Assembly: GCF_018977255.1 (NCBI RefSeq)
Contig: NW_024705479.1
Location: forward strand, 1 to 41,155
DNA: 41,155 bases
DNA from: Callorhinchus milii
Taxonomy: Eukaryota
Direction: 5' to 3'
Below, one piece after another: positions 9,331 through 21,200 of this stretch (positions within the stretch are counted from its first letter, which is position 1; every line of letters starts with the position of its first letter). The notes beneath the pieces were generated by a model. That model saw nothing but the letters and a program-made list of their open reading frames with translations, had not been told where the DNA came from and ran no database searches. Both the position numbers and the translations under genes were made by a program.

Positions 9331-12300
9331 CACTGTACCGGGGTCTATACAAGGGGTGGACGTGCGTATTTTGGTTGATTCCGGTGCGTCCGCGACCATT
9401 ATATCGGATGTCATTTTCCATCTCTTGGGCATCCCACCGGGGCCGTGCGTCCGGTTTACGGGTCGTGCGTCGCTGCGAACGGGGGTAGCATGGGCATTGT
9501 GGGCCAGGTGGACGCTAAAATATCTATCGGGGAAGTGTCGGCCTCGGGAATAGTGTTAATTTCAAGATCTCTGGCAGTTCCTTGTTTATTGGGAACTGAT
9601 TTTCTGGCTAAGATGCCCATTTTGATCAAAATTAATGAGAATTGTATTGAATTGCCGGGTGGCCGTAAAATCTCGTTTCTGCCGTCGCCCTGGGGGCGAC
9701 CTGCTCCTGCCGCCCAGGTGCAGGCGTTATCCGAAGTATCTGTTGACATTCCACCTGGCTCACAGATGCTTATCCCTTGCGATATCGGAAGCCGCCGCCT
9801 GATCGGCAAGGTGCGGTTGGGGTCTTGTTATCGCCATCCGCCACCATAACGGCCGGATTGGCGCTGGTTGGGGCGCAGACCATCGTCCGGCCGGACCAAC
9901 AACCGTTTTTGCAGGTGCTCAATGCGAGTGCCGAGCACGTATGTGTTCCGGCTGGTACGGTTGTGGCACATGCCACTACGGCATTTACGGCACAGGATTG
10001 CCTGCACAGCCAGGGCGTGGTTGCTGGAGTTTCGGAGCCGGGAGCTTCGGATAATCGCTGGATTGCCGACTTATGTAGGGAAAATTCTTCCCTGTCCGAG
10101 GAACAACGTTGTGCGATTCGTAAATTGTTATTGACTTATTCGGATGTGTTTAGCTCCGACGATTTGGATTTGGGACGCACCTCGTTGCTTTACCATCATA
10201 TTGACACAGGGGACGCTGCCCCTATTCGGTTGAACTCGCACCGGATGAGTCCGGCCGAACGAGAACATGTTCGGGGGGCAGTGGATGACATGTTGGCTGC
10301 GGACATAATATCTCCATCTAACAGCCCATGGGGCGCGCCTGTTGTTTTGGTCAAGAAAAAGGACGGCAAAATGCGATTTTGTGTTGATTTCCGGAAATTG
10401 AATAAAATATCGGTGGCAGATGCGTATCCCCTGCCGCGTATGGACGACTCCCTCGATGCCTTGTCGGGGGCCAAGTTCTTTTCTACGCTAGATCTCTCTT
10501 CGGGATTCTGGCAGCTTCCCCTTGACGAGCCCTCGCGGGAGAAAACTGCATTCCGTACGCCGCAGGGGTTGTTTCAATTTAATTGTCTTCCGATGGGGCT
10601 GAATGCGGCCCCTGCCACATTTCAAAGGTTGATGGAGCTGGTGTTGACGGGGTTGCAGTGGGAGACATGTCTCATATATTTAGACGACATTATCGTCTTC
10701 AGCCGCACATTTGATGAACATTTACGGCGGTTGGAGTCGGTGTTCACGAGGATGCGTTCCGCGAATTTGAAATTTAAACCTAAGAAATGTCACCTACTGC
10801 AACGGTCCGTCCGTTATTTGGGGCATATCGTGAGTGCGGATGGGGTTGCCACGGATCCGAGAAAACAGCGTGCGTCCGGGATTGGCCAACCCCGGCCACC
10901 GTGGGGGATGTACGTCGCTTTTTGGGATTTGCCTCATATTATCGGAGATTTGTTCCGAATTTTGCGACGATCGCGAGGCCCTTGCACCTCCTTACGGGTA
11001 AAGGACGAAAATTTGGTTGGGGACCGCCGGAAGAGGCGGCTTTTCAGGGCCTGCGCGATCTATTGGCAACGGCGCCGACGTTGGATTATCCGGATTTCGA
11101 TCACCCCTTCATTCTTGATACGGACGCGAGTGACACAGGCATTGGCGCGGTGTTGTCTCAGTCTAAAGGGGGTGTGGAGCGCGTGGTGGCGTACGGTAGC
11201 CGGGTTTTGTCTCCCGCGGAAACCCGCTACTGCGTCACTCGCAGGGAACTTTTGGCTGTTGTTTTTTTTCTACGCCAATTTCGACCGTACCTGTACGGTC
11301 GTTCGTTTATTGTACGCTCGGATCATGCGGCCTTGCAGTATGCTCTTAAAATGGACCAGCCATCCGGCCAGTTGGCGCGTTGGTTGGACACGCTGCAAGA
11401 ATTTTCCTTCCAAATTCACCATCGGAAGGGGGTGCGCCACGCAATGCGGACGCACTTTCAAGATTGCCGCAGCGCTCCCCTTGCGCGTGCGCGTCGGGGA
11501 CGCATAGGTGTGCGCCGATTCAATCTCCCCTCAGCCGGTTGCGCTGGCTGTCGAGATGCCGGATGCTCCGATGGAGCCGGGTCCGACTGATGGGGTTTTG
11601 AATCTGCCACGGTCTGTGTGGATTCGGGAGCAAATGTTGGATGAGTCGTTGTTGTCCTTACGGAAGCGGTCTGCGGGGGAGAAGGGGAGTCCGGTACGGG
11701 TGGGGTGCCGGAAACCGCTCTCCGGGATGGTCTGCTCATGTGGCGGGAAGGCGTCCAGGAACGCTGGCGTCTGGTAGTGCCGGCGTCCTTGCGATACGAA
11801 TTGATCCGAACTCTCCATTGTGACACGCTCTTACATCTGGGTGTTCAAAAGACCTATTGACGTTGCAACGTCATTACTTTTGGCATGGCATGGCGACAGA
11901 TGTCGTCGGGCACGTGCGTGCGTGTCCAGATTGTGCCCGGCGAAAGCCACCTAAACATCCTTATGTGCCGCCGATACAGTCTATTCAGGTGTCTCGAGTT
12001 AATGAATTGGTGGCACTGGACATTTTGGGACCCTTCCCACCATCTGCGAGGGGTAATAAATATTTGCTGGTTGGGGTGGAATACCTCTCCCGTTGGCCGA
12101 TGGCCTGGCCGTTGCCCGACCAATCGGCCCGGCTATTACCGACGCCTTTCTATTTGGGTACGTTATGGACAAGGGTGCGCCGGAGAGACTCCTCACGGAC
12201 CAGGGCCGAAATTTTTCTTCTAAATTGTTGGCGGAAGTGTGCGCAGCTCTTGGGACTAAGAAAATACGGACATCTCCATACCATCCGCAAACGGATGGTA

Positions 12301-13076
12301 TGGTCGAACGGCTAAATCGGACCTTGTCCGCCATGTTGTGCCACACGGTGAGTGAACAACAATCAGATTGGGATTTGCACATCCCTGGGGTGCTTTCGGC
12401 GTACCGGATGACGCCGCATGCGGCTACAGGATATTCGCCGTTTTTCCTGATGTATGGTCGGGAAAACGTGCCGCCGATGGATGTGCAGTTGGGAACCGGT
12501 GTGAGGGGACCTGGTAAGCCACTTCCAGATTACATTCGAGACACCGTTCGCCGGGTCACGGAGGCGCGGGAGGGGGCCCGCGTGGCTACGGCCAAAGCTC
12601 AGGCCCGGAACGAGCGGTATGCTCGACGCTCCAAGGGGGAGTGCCCCTGGAAGGTTGGGGACCTGGCCTGGCTCCATTGTCCGCAGGTGCGGCCAGGTAC
12701 CTCACCTAAGTTGCATAAGCCATGGCAAGGGCCCGTCCGCCTCATCGAGGTTCCCAACCCGCAGTCGGCACGTGTTCGGATTGGATCTCGTCGCTGGTTC
12801 GTTCACACGTCGCGCTTGAAACCATATGTTGCTCCTCTACCTGATGCGTCATCTCCTGATGTTGCCTTGCCGGGGTCTGTTGCTGCCGACTCACCCTTGC
12901 CTGCGTCCGTTGATCTTGCAAGAGCGCCTGTCGTGCCTGTTACAGACAGACCGGCCGTGACACCGCAGGTGACGAGGGGCTCTGCTCGGGGGTGCCTGCC
13001 AGGACTGCGGAACTCCGAGCCCCGCAGCCCTTCCGACCCCGCTGCAAGCACAATCGCGGGACACCTCCGAGGCTGA
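9331..13076 (+). pseudogene. pol: Gypsy pol (aspartic protease, RT, RNase H, integrase), multiply frameshifted
   Basis: ILVDSGAS at ~9370; RT motifs KKKDGKMRFCVDFRKLN, LPMGL and YLDD (10677-10688); RNase H FILDTDASDTGIGAVL; integrase CPDC, LDILGP, TDQGRNF, YHPQTDGMVER, and a WQGP motif. Confidence 0.95.
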
Positions 13077-13244
13077 GCCTTCGGGGACACGGGACCGGGA
13101 CGCTGGTGGGCCTCCAACAGCGACAGGAGGATTGCGGCCTGTCGCTCTTAAAACCCCATCACGTTCCCGCTCTGCGGGAGGGCCGCCGACCGTCCGGGAC
13201 GGGCCGGCGACCCGCACACGTTCTAAATCTCTCACGTTTCGTTA

Positions 13245-13415
13245 ATTGTTCATGTTGTGTTATTGTTCTTGCTGTTATATTTATTGCATGCTTTGTGTCC
13301 TTTGATGTGTCTGGGTCGGTTTCGCTCGTTACTTGTTCATGTGGTGTTGTTGTTCTTACTGTTATATTTATTGCATGCTTCGTGTCCTTTGTGTGTCTGG
13401 GTCAGTTACGCTCGC
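13245..13415 (+). repeat. Two-copy ~87-bp tandem duplication in the 3' UTR of element C
   Basis: TTGTTCATG...GTTATATTTATTGCATGCTT.GTGTCCTTTG...TGTGTCTGGGTC occurs twice. Confidence 0.8.
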
Positions 13416-13477
13416 ATTACTTGTCAGAGGTTTTGTTCAGCCGAGGACGGCTGGGTTTTCTCTACGGGGGAGGGTGG

Positions 13478-14002
13478 TGTAATGCGGGCGTAAATGACCT
13501 TCCGGATGTGACGTCACGAGGGGGAGGAGTTACGTCACGTGGGGGTAAGGGTTCAGGTCTTAAAGGGGAGAAACCGGAAGAGGAGGGGGTGATCGGAGAC
13601 TGGGCTGGAGTGGGGCCACGCAGGGCGAGAGCTGGGGGTGGCGAGATTGCCACATACACAGAGTACGGTCGGCACCGTCGGCCAGCGGTGACCGACCCCG
13701 GAGGAACAGGGAGCAGCTGAGGGGGCTGTAACGAGAGCAGCCGGAGCGGCTGCCAAGAGGACCAGCAGCGGGGCTGCCTACGAGAGGAGAGGAGCAGCCG
13801 GAGAGGCTGCAGAGGGAGCAGCCGGAGAGGCTGCCCGAAGAGTCCAGCAGCGGGGCTGCTGGAGAAAGGAGAGAGAGGCTACAGCAGCGACAACAGCGTC
13901 GGCCGCAGAGCGGAGAGTCTATGCGAGAGAGCCGTGTGGGGAAAGAGGCGAACCCGAATAAAGGACACCAAGCCAGATACCGTAGTCGAGTCCTTTATTC
14001 CA
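13478..14002 (+). repeat. 3' LTR of element C
   Basis: Copy of the 5' LTR with an extra ~80 bp of GAGCAGCCGGAG-rich repeats; ends ATTCCA. Confidence 0.95.
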
Positions 14003-14260
14003 AAGGTACATTAATTGCACTATAGAAAGTATATCTGGGTGGGGAGGGGCTGGTCACCCTGTGGTGCCCTAAAGCTGAACGTTTAACCTACTCACGCCGG
14101 CTTGTGCTCGCCCTCAGTCGGCCATATTTGTGGAATACACCATGCCACCGTTGACCCTGGCCATTGACCGAGCAACCCAACGTTCCTACCAGCTCCCTCT
14201 GCAGGAATGTGTTAATGTCTAATTTACAACGTCAAGGTGCTGCAAAGGCTTTGTTACATG

Positions 14261-14720
14261 TGTAACAGGTTCCGGAGACACTTGTAGAGGTAACTTCTTT
14301 ATTACAATACAACACTTCAACAGTCCAACGCTCCAACAGTCCTGATACTCTGCTCTGGCTACGCTCCGGAACTCGCCCTCACAAGGTTGTAGCGTCGGGA
14401 GTTCCAGAGTCCCAGCGCTGGCTCTCGCAGCATCCCAGGGTCTTCAGATGGCTGGTCGTGGGTCTTGGGTCTTGAGTTACAACTGGGCCCCGATCGTCCA
14501 GGGAGCTCCGCTTATATGCCCAGTCCCCAACGAGGGGTGGGGCCGTGTGCGCCACCAGACATCCCACAGAGCACACACAGCCCCCCCCGTTGGCGGCGCC
14601 CAGAGGCTTAAGCGTCTGGACCTCCTGGGAACCCAGCGCCTGGCGCCCAGGGGATTACGCGTCTGGACCCACCTGGGAACCCAGAGCCTACAGCAGCCCC
14701 TCCCTTCTTATGTCACTACA
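14261..14720 (-). repeat. 3' LTR of element D
   Basis: TGTAGT...GTTACA termini on the minus strand; near-identical to 17557-18053. Confidence 0.95.
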
Positions 14721-15519
14721 TTACCCCCCTCTATGTAGCCTCCAGCCGTCCCGGCTGTCAATAATTAGAAAGTTTAAATTAACGAAAGGGAGAGAGAGAA
14801 GAAAAAAAAATACGCGAGCTTCAACAGGAAAAGAAAAGAGAACAAGAAAGCAACCATAAATACCATAACCAACCTGTACAACTCTACACTATATACAAGC
14901 ATCAATCAACAAAAAGGTGAAGCAATGACACGTGAACAAACGACCCGCGGCACACCTAGCCCTCCTCGGGATCCGCATAGAAAACGGGGAATTAACAACA
15001 ACAAATATACAGATTCCGACGCGTTGGATGCACAACCAACACCGGTAATCGAACCGAAATCACACAATCACCGCATGGATGGCAGGGATCCACACCACCC
15101 TGCCAGCCTCCCATCCGTCAGGTGGAGAGAAGGCGAAGACCAACATGTCGAGCATCCCTCTACACGCACTTATCCGGACGTCTGTCTAAGTCCCGGGTCG
15201 AGAAGTCGTACTTCAGGGCCGACCCATGTACTGGGCAAAGAAGTCGCACTTCAGGGCTGCTCCAGTATCTACATTTTAAAAATATATATATAAAATTTAC
15301 ATGACACAAACAAAATAAATCTGCCTGCTCCTGTCCATAAATGGTGGCCGCACGCATGAACCGCATCTCCAAAAGGCATCCCGTGCTTGCGTCCCAGCAG
15401 CCCTCAATGAGGACCACCACCGACATTACATGTCAACCGTTTGCACCCCCCGCCTTTCCAACGTGGCGTCTCCATCCTAAAACCGCGCACGTCGGCCATA
15501 TCGGGGGGGACTTCAACCC

Positions 15520-16085
15520 AGTCTCTCTCCAAGACTCGCATCGCAGCATATAGCTGTACCGACCGATCTGAGACCCAACCTCTCTCCAAGACTCGCATCG
15601 CAGCATATAGCTGTACCGACCGATCTGAGACCCAACCTCTCTCCAAGACTCGCATCGCAGCATATAGCTGTACCAACCGATCTGAGACCCAACCTCTCTC
15701 CAAGACTCGCATCGCAGCATATAGCTGTACCGACCGATCTGAGACCCAACCTCTCTCCAAGACTCGCATCGCAGCATATAGCTGTACCGACCGATCTGAG
15801 ACCCAACCTCTCTCCAAGACTCGCATCGCAGCATATAGCTGTACCGACCGATCTGAGACCCAACCGCTCTCCAAGACTCGCATCGCAGCATATAGCTGTA
15901 CCGACCGATCTGAGACCCAACCTCTCTCCAAGACTCGCATCGCAGCATATAGCTGTACCGACCGATCTGAGACCCAACCGCTCTCCAAGACTCGCATCGC
16001 AGCATATAGCTGTACCGACCGATCTGAGACCCAACCTCTCCAAGACTCGCATCGCAGCATATAGCTGTACCGACCGATCTGAGAC
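15520..16085. repeat. 57-bp tandem array, ~10 near-identical copies
   Basis: Unit AACCTCTCTCCAAGACTCGCATCGCAGCATATAGCTGTACCGACCGATCTGAGACCC, head-to-tail with no spacers. Confidence 0.97.
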
Positions 16086-16254
16086 GACCCATTGTTCACT
16101 CCCTGCACAACATGCACCCTAACAACTGAGGGATACAGTCCCAACGTAACGGGACAACTACACCTGAACACCACGAATCTCCAGCTTACTGTTTCAACGC
16201 GCCTCGGAGTGTTTCAATCTCCGGGCCGTCAGGGTGAGCCTACTGCTCCAGACG

Positions 16255-16535
16255 TACCACGGAGGGTCTCAACCTCCGGGCCGTCAGGTCAAGCCGTCAG
16301 CCATAGCATGACGGGACCACACTCTCCGAGCCATGTGAGCACACAGCCCACTAGGCTAGACATGCCACGGAGTGTTTCAATCTCCTGGCTGTCAGGTCAA
16401 GCCGTCAGCCATAGCATGACGGGACCACACTCTCCGAGCCATGTGAGCACACAGCCCACTAGGCTAGACATGCCACGGAGTGTCTATCTCCGGGCTGTCA
16501 GGTCAAGCCGTCAGCCATAGCATGACGGGACCACA
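16255..16535. repeat. ~108-bp tandem repeat, ~2.5 copies
   Basis: GTCAGGTCAAGCCGTCAGCCATAGCATGACGGGACCACA recurs at 16283, 16391 and 16497. Confidence 0.9.
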
Positions 16536-16669
16536 ACTCTCGTGTTAGACACGCAACACCCGCTGGGACATCCTGGTCAGGATCTGCACCCCAAGATATT
16601 TGAGAGCCAGCATGACAATTCCAATCCTTAGCAGCATGTCACCATCTCAAGATAAATGCCCCATACAGT

Positions 16670-16830
16670 ATATACATCGTTAACAATGACAGCACAAGCT
16701 ATACATTAACAATCACGAACAAAGCTCAATATAAACCATACATTGTTAACAATCACAAGCAAAGTTTCGCACACACATTGACAACACTCACGAGCGAAGC
16801 TCCACACAGTTTACCCAACAACAGTCACGA
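16670..16830. repeat. Degenerate short tandem repeat
   Basis: About four variants of ACATT(G)TTAACAATCAC..CAAAGCT. Confidence 0.6.
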
Positions 16831-16991
16831 CTCCCCGACGACAACGAAGAAAATATCAACAAAAAAATCATTAATCCGGAGCGCGTAAATGTACGAAATG
16901 TCAGGGGCCTGGTCTCCCGACCTCCAACCTTTGGCCAGAGCAGCAAAGGCGGCGAGCAGCGTGTCGGTCCATGTGCCGGCCCCGGCGCCGG

Positions 16992-17530
16992 TTACAGTAA
17001 GAATGGCGCCCTCACTGTCCGGTCGCAGCGCTGATGACGCGGTGTGCTAGGTTGCCAACAGCTGTCACCCGGCGGTGAGGGACGCAGCGCTGATGACGCG
17101 GCGTCGTCGGGTTGGCACACGCTGGGCCCGGAAGTGACGTCGCTCCCAGCGGTCACTGCTCCTCTGGTGGAAGTGATGTCATTCCCGGAAGCATCTCTCA
17201 CATCCGTGGGGGGAATGGCGGCGGCGGCGGCGGGCTCGGGCGAGCGCCGCGCCTCCTCTCTCCCTCCCGCCATCGGCCGCGAGCACCGCAGCTCGCCCAG
17301 GAGGGAGGCGGTGGCGCAGAGCAGCTCTGCGAGGCGAAGCAGCGCCTCCTCCATCTCTGCTCCCGACGCTGGAGAGGGGACGGTCGGCGGAGCAGACAGC
17401 TGCTTAGCCGACGGTGCGGCGTTGTTGTCGGCCAGCGGTGCAACGTCGCTGTCGGCCGGCGTTGGCCGCCCCATCGCTGCCTGCTCCTCTTCATCGCCGT
17501 CAGGACTGAAGGTACGTGGTTCACCTCTTG
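16992..17530 (-). pseudogene. Truncated gag N-terminus of element D
   Basis: ORF directly after the PBS, Ala/Pro-rich with an amphipathic helix (EMEEALLRLAELLCATASLLGEL) positioned like the helix in element C gag. No capsid or CCHC motif follows. Confidence 0.55.
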
Positions 17531-17556
17531 TCTCCAACCCCACTTCTGACACCAAA

Positions 17557-18053
17557 TGTAACAGGTTCCGGAGACACTTGTAGAGGTAACTTCTTTATTA
17601 CAATACAACACTTCAACAGTCCAACGCTCCAACAGTCCTGATACTCTGTTACAGCCTAGGTACACAGCCTAGGTACACAGCCTAGATACACTACTCTGGC
17701 TACGCTCCGGAACTCGCCCTCACAAGGTCGTAGCGTCGGGAGTTCCAGAGTCCCAGCGCTGGCTCTCGCAGCATCCCAGGGTCTTCAGATGGCTGGTCGT
17801 GGGTCTTGAGTTACAACTGGGCCCCGATCGTCCAGGGAGCTCCGCTTATATGCCCAGTCCCCAACGAGGGGTGGGGCCGTGTGCGCCACCAGACATCCCA
17901 CAGAGCACACACAGCCCCCCCGTTGGCGGCGCCCAGAGGCTTAAGCGTCTGGACCTCCTGGGAACCCAGCGCCTGGCGCCCAGGGGATTACGCGTCTGGA
18001 CCCACCTGGGAACCCAGAGCCTACAGCAGCCCCTCCCTTCTTATGTCACTACA
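17557..18053 (-). repeat. 5' LTR of element D
   Basis: Adjacent to the PBS; carries an extra 14-bp tandem (ACAGCCTAGGTACA x3) absent from the 3' LTR. Confidence 0.95.
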
Positions 18054-18172
18054 CATGTAGGCGTGTAGGTACAACTTCTTTGTTTCATTATTAACATTCT
18101 ACATGTTTTGAACGATTGAGAACCACATGGGTGCAAGGCTGCAGAAAGGGTTAACCAATGGTTAGGTAAATT

Positions 18173-18202
18173 NNNNNNNNNNNNNNNNNNNNNNNNNNNN
18201 NN
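18173..18202. other. Assembly gap (30 N)
   Basis: Run of N. Confidence 1.
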
Positions 18203-21200
18203 CGTCCCCTGCTCATTCGATCAGTCACGCTGAAGCTCGACTGCGGCGCATACAGGACAGGGTCATGCACGCGGTGACGATTCTGTTGAGACCTGCCCTC
18301 TGCCCTGGTAAGACACCTATCGTTCGGAAGCACATCGGCCCATAGCCACCTATATGGCAACACCATAGACCTACTTAAGGCTAAAAACGTGACTTTCTCA
18401 AACATAAGCATGAATCGTGGTGACAAACGTATGCTGATGAATACATAAACGGCTCGTGTTACGATTTGGGCGAGCTGTTGAGTGTCAGTCTTCCTATAGA
18501 TTTAAAGGCCATCGAAGAATTTAACCAAGAAGGTGCGGACAAATACTGCCGTTTACCCACTTGTAACAAGATCGCTTCAATGACGCTAGACTAGGCCAGA
18601 AAGCACCTTCGCCCGAACTGGTGCATTTTATGTTACTCTAAGATTCCATTGCGTCGAATAGAGCCACCTGGATCCTACCGGCTTGCTATGCCGAGTTCAC
18701 CGTAGAGTGGGGACCACGTGAGACCGGGTTTTTCAAACTGTGGCTGCGTATGAAGAGATTAAGATAATCTATCCGGGTTCGCTTCGTAGCCCAATTTCAT
18801 CCGATCAATATGCCTGGTCTGTACTTTCCTAGGCATGGAGGAGTCAGTACCGGAATTCATCTATCGACACGAACTAAAGACCCTTGGCTGTCAAGAGGCT
18901 ATTCTGTGCCCACATTCCCCCCGAAAACTAATATGCATTTGTGCAAGCTAGTAGGCCTAACTGGACCTTGAGTCACTGCTTCGACGAATTGAATATTGCC
19001 GGACGAGCGCGGCCTTAAGCGTGGATAAGGGCCGGTTTCAAAAGAGGATAGCGCTCAAGCCACTTCAGTAGTTCACTCTGCCAGACCGTGGTGTCATGGG
19101 CTGTATATGTCCAAGCCGCATAAGTTGGAACCTCTGACAGGTCGTATCGTTCGAAGGAACCACCACGCCTGGATGCTACAAAGCCGGTGACAAGAGCAGA
19201 CAAGGGATGGCCACGATCTATCCGGTGTGACTGACGCGAGTTGAGCGGCTTGGCCCATCGGAGCGGGCGCTTGATGCAATAAGAATTTAGGCTGATTTCA
19301 GATTAGGAGGACCAACATCCAATGGGCAGACCGTGCCTCGGCAACATCAGTGATAAGGTAGGAAAACATGGGATACAAGCTAAAAAGGACATCGTCTGGC
19401 CTCACTCATGTTACCATATCTTTGAAACCGCTTCACAGCGAGTTTAGCAGCTAACCAGAGCAGGATAAGGGGTGTTCGATAGATTCTAGCGGGACAGGTA
19501 CGAGTGTATCGCGAACTTCACTCTGACGAGGGACGAAGAACGGTTACAGGAGGGCTCCACCTAGTGGCGATAATTTTAACGCGAGTGTAAGTGGGGAGAG
19601 CCTTAGATGTCTAGGGTTTGTTATATCTCCGCAGCAATATAATCTCGCTGTATGATAGCCTATACCGAGACAGTATGTACGCTGGAAACGAACGCTACCG
19701 GGTAATGTTCGGGGAGCGTCCGGCAAACCTGGTATCCGGCGGGTCCGACGGTGCTCATTTTTTCTAAAACCACTAGATGACGAGTGATAACGAGCCGATC
19801 ATGACGTCCAAACATGCAAGCTTTTCGCTTGATGGGGCACTTGAGCTAATTCAAGTGCACACTGCGTAATCACCCTTCATTATTGGGGTGGGTTGTGTAC
19901 AAAGTCAAGTTGATCACTTAATCAATAACGATACTGGGATATAACAGGTTGGGGGCAGCTGTGGCCTACAGTTACCCACCTATATTGGCCAGTTCTTACT
20001 GTTTGGATTTATAAGAGGCTAGACCTCGTGAGCCCCGGTATACAACTTCATCTTATATAAACAGGTTCTCCAGGAATGGGAGATCATAGTCATGGGCGGA
20101 ACAGAAGGATGTCTGCGCTCTGGATCAAGGTTGCGTATGACTACGAGTGCAGATTCTATGTCACGTGGATAGTGACCCGCGGCCTCTGGGTCCAAAGCTT
20201 TAACGCCCGAACTGATCCAAGTCTTGAATGCCCCCCCGTGCGCCGAAGTGTTTCGGGCTAAGTGTCTATCCCCCCCACCCAAGTTTTCCGGGAATTCGTA
20301 CTTGTGTTTTATGTCCAATGCGCTTTAAAAAATTCAATATTAACTGTTCTAGGTGAGGTCTTGAACAATTAGTTGACTTTACTTAGCTAACATGTCGCTA
20401 GGACATTGCTAACAGCCGACACCACAGGAGTCATAGCGTGGTTGACAGGAAGATAGTTCTCTGTATCAACCGGTGGTAGGCGTGTTCAACTGCCAAACCT
20501 CCCGTTAGTCCGGCCTTCAAAGAAGTCCAATTACATCCACCCAACAGCAACGATCTACAAGACTAACAGGCGGACTTTGGGAGGGTAACGACCAGAAAAA
20601 CGAATATCCCTAAGATCCATCAAATCGGGCTTCGAGGGGAGCCGTATGATTATATGGATCAGGTTCCACGCCTGGGCTGAGTCGCGTGATCTGTGTCAGG
20701 CCTTGACGAAAGTTTTGTACCTGTGGCACAATCGCCGCGAGATGTAGTTCGTGCTGCGCGTCATCGGAAAACATAACCCGCAGTCTGCTCGAATTTATAA
20801 GTTGGGTATCGCGCTATGATTGTACGACCTAAGTCTGATAGTCCTCGATAGAGTCATGCAAAAAGTCAGATCTGTCGAGACTTTACGATCAAGACAAAAG
20901 ACGTGGTGGTATACCGGAAGATGCTAGCTCTAAGAAAGGAAAGCTCAGGACACATAACTGGCTCTATGCGAATGTCAGCTCACACCGCGATGCTATTATG
21001 GAGACTAATGACGGACCTAATTCTCGTTGCTTATATGAGAGCTCGAGGAGGCTATTGTCAGATGTTAGCGGGACATAAGAGGTCGTCAAAGCATGTCGCA
21101 TCGTTTCAAAGAGTCGTGCCCCGAGAATTCCGGCTACTTGTGGTTGACGTGTCACCGGCCGGAATCAGCCTCGCCAATGGTACTTGTGCAAGTGATCTGC

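Larger units (their letters stand above)
7356..14002 (+). mobile_element. Full-length Ty3/Gypsy LTR retrotransposon (element C)
   Basis: Paired LTRs, 4-bp TSD AAGG (7352-7355 and 14003-14006), PBS, gag-PR-RT-RH-IN order, PPT GGGGGAGGGTGG (13466-13477). Confidence 0.97.
14261..18053 (-). mobile_element. Non-autonomous LTR retrotransposon (element D, LARD-like) with internal tandem arrays
   Basis: LTRs at 14261-14720 and 17557-18053, 4-bp TSD CATG on both sides, tRNA-Leu(CAA) PBS at 17539-17554, PPT at ~14721-14733, no RT or IN motifs. Confidence 0.93.

Noticed and set aside
7675..13720. Antisense and alternative-frame ORFs in element C, including 12992-13720 as an env gene
   Set aside because: These are GC-rich shadows of gag-pol. 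The hydrophobic stretch in 12992-13720 comes from the T-rich 3' UTR duplication and runs into the LTR.
14093..14205. Possible minus-strand exon (cag...gtgagt) between elements C and D
   Set aside because: No recognisable translation and no partner exons.
15520..16085. CRISPR-like array
   Set aside because: The units are contiguous and near-identical with no unique spacers, there are no cas genes, and the context is a eukaryotic LTR element.
15404..16174. Long repeat ORFs on both strands as genes
   Set aside because: They follow from a stop-poor 57-bp unit and show no recognisable domain.
17030..17100. Two CTGATGA motifs as hammerhead cores
   Set aside because: There is no stem II followed by GAAA; they are part of a short duplication in the gag stub.
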